Shown piece by piece: positions 36,998 through 47,000 of a stretch of 64,000 nt of DNA. Under the pieces are notes generated by a model. That model made no database searches, was not told where the DNA came from, and saw only the letters and a list, made by a program, of their open reading frames with translations. The stretch covers positions 1,071,092 to 1,135,091 of the forward strand of contig NMRA01000068.1 in assembly GCA_002633005.1 (NCBI GenBank), in the 5' to 3' direction. This DNA is from Phoronis australis. Taxonomy: Eukaryota; Animalia; Phoronida. A program made the translations under genes and the position numbers. Each line of letters opens with the position of its first letter. Within the stretch, counting starts at the first letter, position 1.

Positions 36998-39900
36998 ATG
37001 AAAAAGTCACTTCAGACATTTATGTCCGAAATTGGCAAGCTTTTAATGCAAAGTTTCTAAAGGCAAAATCAAAATAAAAACTGTTTTCTTCAAAAACTGG
37101 TGGTTGGAGTTAATGGCTTACATATCTGTACACTTTCTTTGATGGTTGAAATCTTTAATCTTTGGAAAGTGAAAAACGTTCAAAGTAATCCAGTTAAAAT
37201 CTACTATGACACATCTATAGTTTTTAGCATGTCATAAAACTCACCCAGATGTTGGGTCCATACCACGTATATTGATACAATGAACAGCCCAACTCAATCA
37301 GAATGTAACACAACATCAGAAGAAGCCAGAACTTCAAAGTCTGGTGCATGTTTGAATAGTCCTGAAAGTTAACAGTACATTAGTGTCAAACAATGACATG
37401 ACAGCTACAGGCACCAGTGGACAGTTGAATGAACAGTTTTAACGGACTCAACTATGTTTCCTAAATTTTCAGCACATTTTTACTTGTTTACTCACTTTTG
37501 TTGTATTTTTCTACCACTTGTGAGCTCCTCTTTAACTTGTGACATTTGAATTTACCAAACCCTTATTTCACAGAAAAATAGTATTTAGTCTTCAAATTAG
37601 GCACGTTACATGAAAAGGTCCCAATTGATTTTAAAATAATACTAAGAATTCAACACAGAGGTTACTTTCGCTTTGTATCAAAGCTAAAACTTAATGTAGA
37701 AATGAAGATAAAATAGCAGAGAAAATGATTAATCTATGTCTGCAGAAAGTCCACAAATGCACTGAAAATTTACGGAACATGGTCAAGTTCCTATTGTGAC
37801 TACCAGTCACAGGTTTGTTAGAACAACCACGATGCACCATTTTATTCTTCCAAATTTTTTTCCCAACCACAGATTTGTGTATCTTAGCTTAGGGAACATA
37901 CTCAACCAATGAGATTTTCAAGAGAAAACGTCTGCCCAATTGGCTCTGCCAAACATACAACCAGACAATTGCGAATATTATCCATCAAAGTCGTCACCCA
38001 AGACCAATTCTGTCCAAAAATCAATCGGTATTCTTTTTGCAGCGGATATGTTCAGGTAGTTGTCCATTCATGCAACAAGTTATCAATAAAATCGAGCTGC
38101 GGTACATATGCAGCAGAGAGTACAGCAATTCACAGATCATTTATTTTATTCAAATAATAGAATGGAATTTATTAATTAACACAAAGAGAAAACAAATTTC
38201 ATGATTGCTAACACCAATTTCTCTGTTTTTGAAAACAGAAAATCAGGGTCTGTATTGATAATGTATCTGAAATAACGAAGTGTATCGCCAACATATGATG
38301 ACTCATCCAAATAAAAAGTACGCCATTGAAAATTAAGGCTGGTTTAGGTTTTGGTGTCTATTTGTAGCAGTGAGAAAAGAGGAAGTTTTAGGATTTCCCT
38401 ACAGCCTGGGTGTATTTGTGGAAATATATGCAAACTGGATGTATAGTCGCATTGGCTTCTATTTCAAAAGATATCTCTGCTACAAATTACATCTTCTTGT
38501 CCTCCAGATTTACAATTTGTTTACAAATATGTAATTATCGAGGGAGCAATTTCAGACTTCAAATAAATAACTTTTCAAGAAAACACACCCTTTTTGGTCT
38601 GCAAGTGTGCGCACTCATTATATCAACTGAACAACCATGATCATCAAAAACTAATAGTGCTAAGGTTATGCACAATATACATGTAACAACTTGTAGGTGT
38701 GTATGAATAAGAAGGAACATAGTTCCGTGTGTGTGTGTGTGTGTTACGTACCATGCCTCGATGATATGAAACGGAGAGAACCAAGGTGTAGACAAACACA
38801 AGCGTGTGCGCAATGAGCATCACAACATTGATGGACTGAAAGCCTGGAAATAAACGGTACACTGTGACTACCACATATGGGCGGCGTTTATACAATGAGA
38901 AAAAAGCTTATTTAACATTTATATAATGAATTCAGAGTCTGACTTATTTCTGAACCTACAAGTCTACATGACAAACAGTGTCAGTATATAACCATAATAG
39001 CAAGAGTATAAGGCAGTAGTTGACATACCATGCCTGGCGTGATCATAAACAGATGTCGATATATAACCACAATAGAGTAAGTAGTGGCAGTAGTTGACAT
39101 ACCGTGTCTGACATGATGTCAAACAATGTCACTATAATACCACAGTAGAATGAGTATGAGGCAGTAGTTGACATACCATGTCTAACATGCATCCTCCATT
39201 CTGTTCTGAACATGTACATGATGTCAAATGATGTTGATGTGTCAATCTGGTCCAGGATAACTGTAGTTAAACCCAACAAAGCACAAAACTGGAATGGAAA
39301 ACAGTTCTTAATGAAGGCCATTACACAGTAAAACTTAGAGATTACAGCAGAAAGTGTTCTTTAGTCAAAACTGACGAAGTTGTATAAATATGGAGTTTGC
39401 ACTTCAGCAAAATGCAAGACATACAAATTAACACACATTACATACGTAAATGTCTATACTAGTCAAAATTGAAAGTGATACCTTAAAACTGTTGAGGCTG
39501 ATATTCGCCACCTGCTTTGTCTAATAAGACTAAGGGCCAATACAAGACCATTATATCAGTAAGGGGTCTACATCCAAATTTAGTTCTATTTGAGAGAAGA
39601 CAGATTTACAGCCACGTTAACTCCATTAGCACATTCATTCCAAAATTCACAATTGTTCTACTCCTGACATTCTGTGGTTGATGGCACGTATTTAGTGCCA
39701 AAGGAATCAACAAGTAATGGACAAAGTCAAAATATTTCAAGGCCTTTATTTCATGCAAAACTAATTATTGGAAAAGCAACCAACATTAGACACAAGATTT
39801 CTTTATTTCCTTTTTAAATTTGCACTGCATCATTCTCGCTCATCAATACATCATTCGGCCTAGGCACACAATGCTTCGCAGAATTTTTTTGACTGGAAAG

Positions 39901-42004
39901 CTTTTAATCATTCGATAAGGATTGAACAACACCCAACAAATGGAGGGAGTTTGCGCTTAGATTTATCTAATTTGCATCTTCAATGACGGTGACACTTCTA
40001 CACTAGGTCAGTCCTGGAACTTTGATTGGTATTTAGTCAAATTGCGTACTTAGATACTTGAATACAAGCGTCGGTTATAGAGTGCCGATTTAACTTTCGC
40101 ATGGGCAACCAGCCTTATGGTTATAGAAAAACCTTTGAATATTAAGTCTCCGTACTTCAATTTCAAAGCTGTGGGTGACTAAGGGGCAACTCTGGTTCAG
40201 CAGTTAAGTGCCCATATAAGTGCAAGCACCCACACCTCAATTTCAAGGCTCGCCAATTTAAGCATGCAGGGCTTTATTGCCGTTAATTTGAATATTTACC
40301 GTATCTAAAATGCGTAAAAGAGGGCTTTTTGGATACTGTTAGGACGGCGCATGATTTTTCAAACAGTCCATGGAGAACATTGAGTGATGGCTATGCCTTT
40401 TTCCAAATTGGTCTCTACTTTTTCGAGCAAATGTGTTGGTGTCACAAGTGCTGTCAAACAGGTTGCAGTGACATGTTAAAACGGGTCATAGAACGCACTG
40501 CATTGTTTTGTTATACTTTAAAATTATATCAGTATTTGCCAGATACAGAAATCAATGTTTCATACAGCTTTGGTTAAAATACATACCACACCTGACATTT
40601 CAAACTTGGATTCCGATTCCCGAATCAAAAACTTTTTGAATTTTACCCTGGAAGCTCAAGTTTTTCCAATATTTTGGTAAGTAGACCAGAATAATGATGT
40701 GATCCGTAACTGAAACTTTGATTGTAGGTCATAAGGTAGGCAACATGTAGCCCCTTGGTTGGTTGGTCGGTTAGCTAGTTAAGGGCTACAATACCTCCCA
40801 TCACTCTTTGTACAACTAATTTCGTCCCGGGCGGTAGGCGAAATCTGGTCACCGATTAAGAGTTTTCACCTCGTCAAAAATACGTTCTGCACTTGAAACT
40901 ATCGTTTAAAAAAACGCTTAGTTTCGTCAGTGGTCCTTTCTGCTTCTATACTTCTTTTTGATGAAGCAGAGCTACGAGTATTAAGGTGACTTTGGCGAAG
41001 AATTTCACCTCCACTTTTTGGTTAGCATAAACTCTTTCAACACGCACGCGATAAATAACCACTAAGTATTTCAACTGAGTCACCTGAATTAAGCAAACAC
41101 TAGCGTGAGACTGAGCGAAGTGTGTGACCTGATGCAACACTTGTAAAATAACATGGGAAGATATGAGGTGAAATTTGTAAGATTTGTGTCCCTTGGACTT
41201 TTTGCTACTCACCAGCCTCCCATTCAGTAACACTAAAAAGCAAGACTTCACGAGATTACGTGAGATATTGCCGTGTATTTTAAATGAGAACACTTGACTT
41301 TGACTATATTTTAACTAGGTCCCAGCGTAGGTCAACTGAAAGCACGCCAGGTGTGATTTTCACGAAATTTCTTCAAAATGGCACCCCGTGAGAGAAACTT
41401 GCACGACCACGAGATTTTAATTCATGAATATGTTCAAGTTATGCTGGTTAAATTGCATCCAGAGTCAAAGTATGTGTTAATTATAGCTCCACGAGTATAT
41501 GTGCATACTTTACTCGATTTTATATGTTGTGTTATGAAATGAGTAACTTTTTATGGCGCTGTACTATCGCCACTGACCCTCTCCTGTATACCTTCGGCAT
41601 TCACTATTCAGCTTATTCAGGGCGATTGCCTCGTCAGAGTAGCGATTTTGATTCAAATCCAAAATGTATGCCTTCTGTGTTTCCTAACTGTCGCCCCATG
41701 TTTGTGATTACTTACAGGCGATTTACATGTCTAACAAAGTCCTATATTCATTTTATCATAAACTGTATATAGGTGTATGACTCACAGACTGTTGAATTCT
41801 TGACCTACTTTGAGAGGGACTAAATTCAAACTACAACACCATTACTACATTAGATTACGTCGACAATGATGACAAATTTGCAGACAGAATTCTCTTGTTT
41901 AAACATATATGCAGTTAAAGCATAAATATACTTACTATAGTGACTAAAAACGCCACAAATGTCCCCGTCTTTAGCGACCAACACAAACAGCGACTGACCG
42001 CCAT
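35367..42004 (-). CDS. 200-aa four-transmembrane protein, TMEM217/LAPTM-like
   Basis: Six phase-consistent exons 42004-41936, 39288-39177, 38843-38752, 37361-37245, 35778-35722, 35522-35367 give MAVSRCLCWSLKTGTFVAFLVTIFCALLGLTTVILDQ...GFQSINVVMLIAHTLVFVYTLVLSVSY...FWLLLMLCYILIELGCSLYQY...HLAYLCFLFLQWLVRFILNVTCLFPVYHRL...DKNSK*. Start context aaaATGg. The family label is from motif resemblance only. Confidence 0.85.
35722..35778 (-). CDS. 4-TM gene exon 5
   Basis: tttccag|CAC ... AAT|gtaagt; 57 nt, hydrophobic. Confidence 0.82.
36100..36935 (-). mobile_element. Same Helentron-like family, reverse orientation, several core repeats
   Basis: ggatccatccgaacattcggtcatgcc...ggaacatgtctgcaaaatttcatcaac matches the reverse complement of 12615-12690; repeated caaatttca cores; adjacent (CA)n. 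Confidence 0.6.
36862..36998. repeat. (CA)n followed by (TG)n microsatellite
   Basis: Directly visible. Confidence 0.95.
37245..37361 (-). CDS. 4-TM gene exon 4
   Basis: ctttcag|GAC ... TGG|gtgagt; phase 0-0, hydrophobic. Confidence 0.82.
38752..38843 (-). CDS. 4-TM gene exon 3
   Basis: tttccag|GC ... ATG|gtacgt; phase 1-0, hydrophobic. Confidence 0.82.
38985..39190 (-). repeat. 74-bp tandem repeat (3 units) including the exon 2 donor of the 4-TM gene
   Basis: ggcagtagttgacatacc, with acatacc at 39023, 39097 and 39171. Confidence 0.85.
39177..39288 (-). CDS. 4-TM gene exon 2
   Basis: attccag|TTT ... CAT G|gtatgt; phase 0-1. Confidence 0.82.
41936..42004 (-). CDS. 4-TM gene exon 1 (MAVSRCLCWSLKTGTFVAFLVTI)
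   Basis: aaaATGGCG start, consensus donor gtaagt. Confidence 0.85.
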
Positions 42005-43878
42005 TTTAAAAATTTTACAAACACCTCTCAGCACCTGGCAGGTGTGTATTTAATATACTTAACTGTTGTTTAAAACTCATAAATGTATAAAACGAGCATT
42101 TTAAGTGAATCTTTGTAATTACGTTTGAAATTCAAAATGGATATCGCTGTTGAAAGGGGTAGAGTGTCAATTATTATGTTAAAAACATATTAATCAAAAT
42201 TGTCCGTTTGGGAGTATGGCTTTGTTACTACCCAATAGATGTCGCAAAAGTATACCAGAAGAACTTGCAACTGTCGCCCCACAGCCACAGTCCTTTGGAA
42301 ATCGACACAATTTTGCATTACAGTTTCTGCAGAATGATATTACCTAACTAAAAGAATTTAAAATAACATAAATGCCCACTGGTGACGCAATTATTTCCGT
42401 TTGGATGCCTAAAATGGTAGCAAACTTCTTTGCATTCTGATACCCAACACATAGATTAAAAATAATTATCTAGTCATCTGACGTATAGTAGTCTAGCGCC
42501 ACTGTGTTCGTAGGAAACATTTCCGAGGTATTTCGTAATTCAGTACAATAAACATTTACTCTGGAATACAAACAACTTCAAAGTGGCTTATCCAATGGTA
42601 GAAACGATCTTTATAAGGATACCACTAACCCGGTTTTGGCCAATTAACAGATACTAAAAACAACTATCTCACCCAGTTCTCTGAATAAATAATGCTCTGT
42701 AATACTGGACAACCCTAACAAAAATGGAAGAAAATTTGTAAACTCTTTACAAAGTCAGCTAAACGGGCAAGCGAAATACAAGGCAACTGTGCCGGGGAAA
42801 TGACCACCCACGGACAAAGAATATGCAATTTGTGAGAAAGGGAGTATGAAATTATGGTTGATTCCTGTGTTTAACTTGATTGACGCCAACGATGCAGTAG
42901 CATGTGACAGAATGAGAATTTGTTGAAATCATCAAAACACGGTTTAAGTAGGCGTACTTTGAACAATTTGTAAAGATTTTGAATCCAATTTAGTTTATCT
43001 TATTCCGTCCAGTCGGATCATGCACGCACCCAGCCCTAAAAATTGGGGGGCTCGTAATTCGTCAACTTTTGATAGGTCCTGCTTTTCAGTGGACTTTTGT
43101 CTCGTTACCTACTTTATTTATTTTCCGAGACGCCAAACTGAGGGGTCATTTGAGCCTCCGACTGCTCCCCCCCCCACCCGGCCCTGAGTGCGCGTATGGT
43201 GATGTAGCTTTTACACAGTAAAACACTTTTTTCAGAAACAATGAAACTATTTTATTCTAACACTAATTACTGTCAGACGACAGACATGCATAACATACCG
43301 GTTCCATGCAATCATCAAGTAGACAGGATAACACTGCAGGACATGACGCTAATTCAGGCTGTAACATTTCAGGCAATAAAATGCAACACCGGAAATAAGA
43401 AAATAGAGTCAGCTCTCGTGTCAACAATATTAAAAATGTTATTTCTACAGAACTTTTAAACACTCTGATAATGCTTTAGGATAGTTAAGAATATCACTGA
43501 GTGACACCTCAGGCCTGCATGGACAGAGTAATTCTAAGGGCTGGTTAGACAAGAAACATTCGGTTGGTTCTGGTCTGCACCCCGACTCATCGCTTAAAGT
43601 CATTTCATTCGTTTGTAGTATTTACAACGATTTTTTTCAAACTTTTTGCTCAAGTTGAAAGTTAATAACTTTTTGAACTCCATGTCACATCAAAAAACCG
43701 GCTTAAACGGCGTTAAGAGGTTTTTTCTTCTATAACTCGGACCATAGGCCTTTAAAGCGGCCATAAAGCCAAGTTTCGTCGAAGTGCCTGAACTCATTTC
43801 TTACTCCGATGTCAAGTGATTTTTGAATTAGCAACACTTGAAAGAAGTGACATTTCGTTGTTAATCGAGGTTACATGA

Positions 43879-45385
43879 CAGTAGTCCGAAGGTGCACTAG
43901 TCCGAAGGTGCACTAGCCCGAAAATACTAGATTTCGGACTCGGATGTATTTCTCATCTTTTTTTCTACATGCAATAATATATAGTACTTCGGTTGTCAGT
44001 CGCAGTGGTGCAGGCCTGCCTACCGAGAACAACCGCCAGCCGGGTACCACTACACTTTGTTCGGGTTCCCTGCGCGTGCGAAATTGCATATCTTGAGTGG
44101 TTACAGCCCATTATTCCGAAAACCAGTGCGATTAAAGCGCAGCGCTACACTGTGAGTTTCGTAGAATGCCCACAAAAATTGCATTGGCTCTGTCCCGCCT
44201 TATTAGTGAGTAAACCTGCTGACTAGTGCACCTTCGCACTAGGGAACCTTCGGACTTGTCCACCTTCGTACTATTGAGCTGCTCCCGTTTCGCGAGACTA
44301 TTCTTGGCAAACTCAATGACATGCCGTGACAAGTGAACTTGTAAGGCCTGAGTGTTCTCTCAGCAGCAATAAAGAAATGCGAGTTCTAGCGAAATTGCAT
44401 CTAATTTGACTAAAGACGAATTTCACAAGAATATGGCAGTAGTCCGAAAGTGTGCAAGTTTCTCTGCATGTGATTTCTCCGTACGTCGCTGAATGGACGC
44501 GAAAAAATTCTCCAAACATTTCAAAAATATTAATGCCTTTTTGGCACTCGTGCGACATCGAAGACGATACTTTGTACCTAACACCTACAAGAAGCTTTGG
44601 CTATGAAAGAAAATTAAAGTGAATGATATCATTGTTGATCGGAAATTATGCTCGCCAAACTTGCAAAACATGAGTCACGAAGGGTTACGCACGGAAATGA
44701 ATTTTCCCATTTGCCAAAAATCTCAAAATCGAGGCATTTTCGGAAGCCATTGACTTGATTCTCGCGATAGCTTCCGGCTGCATCAGAAAGTGAGTTTGGA
44801 AGAATGTCGACAAAAATTGCACATTAATGCTTCATGGCTCAGTTCCGACTTTTTGGATTAGTGCACATTCGGACTAGTGAGCTGCTGCCTTTCTACTTGC
44901 AGTAAGTTGTCTACATCAAAAGTTGTTTTTGTGGCGGAAGACAGGGACCAAGAAACTTTGACTAAAGTCTAAGATTTGTCTAATTTTCCTAACTTAGAAA
45001 TGTCCACATCCTCTAAGTTCGTCAAAATTAAGACAAAACTTAAGTCAAAAACTTAAGATCTCTTTCTTGAAAAGGACTTGAGAGAAATTTAAGTTTTATC
45101 TTAAAATTGACTTGAATTTAAGCTTAGTCAATTTTTTTGTTACGGGCCCGTTTAAAAAAGCGCATGCCTGCATCAATTTCATCAAAGGTCCTTTTTTGGA
45201 AAAATCCTCATAAACGCACGCAATTTTAAACGACGTTGCTTGCCAGTAGTGAGGCGTATTTACTTGTTAATGAAGGTTACAGCCCAAAATTCTGAAGATC
45301 CACTACTTCGAAGGCCCACCACTCCAAAAAAAACCCATTACTCTGAAAAAAAAAACTCTACTCCGAAGATCCACTACTCCGAAAA
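43879..45385. mobile_element. Cluster of non-autonomous DNA-element fragments with 16-bp subterminal repeats
   Basis: tagtccgaaggtgcac x3 at 43879-43925, inverted at 44221-44287 and 44855-44890 (ending gagctgct.cc); related ccactactccgaa array at 45274-45385. Confidence 0.6.
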
Positions 45386-46806
45386 AAGATTGCAAGCTCC
45401 CCATTTGGCGAAGTGGGCAAAAAAGGTTTTCTCTCCGAGAAACAAAAAGTCCGAGAAAATGAAACAAAAGTCCACTAAATAAGCACAAACGCACAATTCT
45501 CAGTGGTGCCCCGCCCTTTTTTTCGGTCCACGCGCTTTTTCGTTACCAAAAGGTCCACTGCAGGAATTCGAGCCCCCCATATGATTGAAGGCTGGGTGCG
45601 TGCAGGATCACTAACTTTAAAGCATTCTCAAGCCACTTCATTCACTGCAAACAGTTCATTAGAACAAAATAATCTGAACACATGTTTCTTTTTCAAACAC
45701 TAGGCGCTTCGGGGCTTAAAAATATAACCGCACTCATCAGATCTTGAATTGTTGCCGAATGAGTCGACAACTCGAGTCACAAGCAATGCGTACATCCGCC
45801 ACTTTCGATTTTACAAGTTTTTGGTTCGCCAATTCCAATTAACTCTGAAGTGTTTTCTCCAGTCGTTGATGTTGGTAACGGAAATGGTATATCACTGTAT
45901 ATATAATGAGGCCGATTTTATGATAGTAAAGGGGCTAATTCGTTCTTTGCCAGCTAAACAAGTCGATGCAGGTAAAGTAAAGCAAAAGAATCGAAACTAA
46001 GGCAAGCCAAGTGAGGAGATTCAGTAGCTTCTTGGCCGAATACATTGTTTCTGTGCTTATTTACAAAGTAATCATCTAGTGTAAAGTGACACAAAGTTTT
46101 CAGTCTGAATTATGTTTATTGCTCCTGGAGTGGAATCCTCTTCCGAAAACTGTGCTGGTACTGTATATTATGGGCGTATTTAGGCTCACGACTTACCATC
46201 AGCTAGCCTACAAAATGTGTCAAGGAGCCAGCACACGCAACACACTTTTTGTCGTGAGCCAGCGAACACTATACGATTTCTTTCAACGACATTTTACGTG
46301 AGGAAAAATCGTATCGTGTGCAAACATTTGAATAAAACCCAAAAAATCAAAGTTTTAACTGAACAACAGAGGCTTGACTTACCCGTAACAAAACGGAAGA
46401 TGGTAATATGTATTCATTTGATAATGCAAGTGAAAAATACAAAGAATGTGCCGCAAACACCCAGGAAATAATAAGTTGAACGAACAGGTTACGTAGGACC
46501 TTGTCGCCAAGTTTGTGCATTTCGCCAAATATCTACAAAACTATTTATTTTAACTAAGTATTGTGCCAGTCAAGTGATTTCTCACCGCTATGGATATCGT
46601 TACGACCAAATCACTATCACATGCAACTTCTGCTTTTCGAGGACTTAAGATTCATGTTCTGTCGCCTGAGAACTCAACGCGCTGTGGGTAGCCGGGCTAG
46701 TTAGTCCCCGTCTATCAGGTGAAGTCATTTCTAGTACGCCGTGGCAAGTTGTTGTTACTGGGTCGAATAACAGGTGCGACCAGCGCGTTGTTTGATTACG
46801 CATTGC

Positions 46807-46817
46807 CAAGATGGCGG
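46807..46817 (+). promoter_or_regulatory. YY1-type motif CAAGATGGCGG near the probable THSD1 TSS
   Basis: Exact YY1 consensus about 130 nt upstream of the signal-peptide ATG in a CpG-rich region. Confidence 0.5.
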
Positions 46818-46942
46818 ATGGTTGATGAGTGGTGCTTCGCTAGCCGGTTACAAATATCGATAATGTTTGCGTTTTTGGAGCTGAAATAATGCCTTCTTAT
46901 GGCTAATGTAGTAGATGGAGTAACGAGCGACATTTCTGTAGA

Positions 46943-47000
46943 ATGTGCCGAGTGATCAACGTTCTCTGCGCCGTATGGATGGCTTTAACTTTGAATTCAG
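46943..47000 (+). CDS. THSD1: THSD1-like first coding exon, signal peptide MCRVINVLCAVWMALTLNSG
   Basis: 58 nt, hydrophobic core, donor CAG|gtaaag, phase 1 matches the acceptor at 62494, lies in a CpG-rich promoter-like block. Confidence 0.7.

Noticed and set aside
36702-37019. ORFs with CV/TH dipeptide runs
   Set aside because: Translations of the (CA)/(TG) microsatellite.
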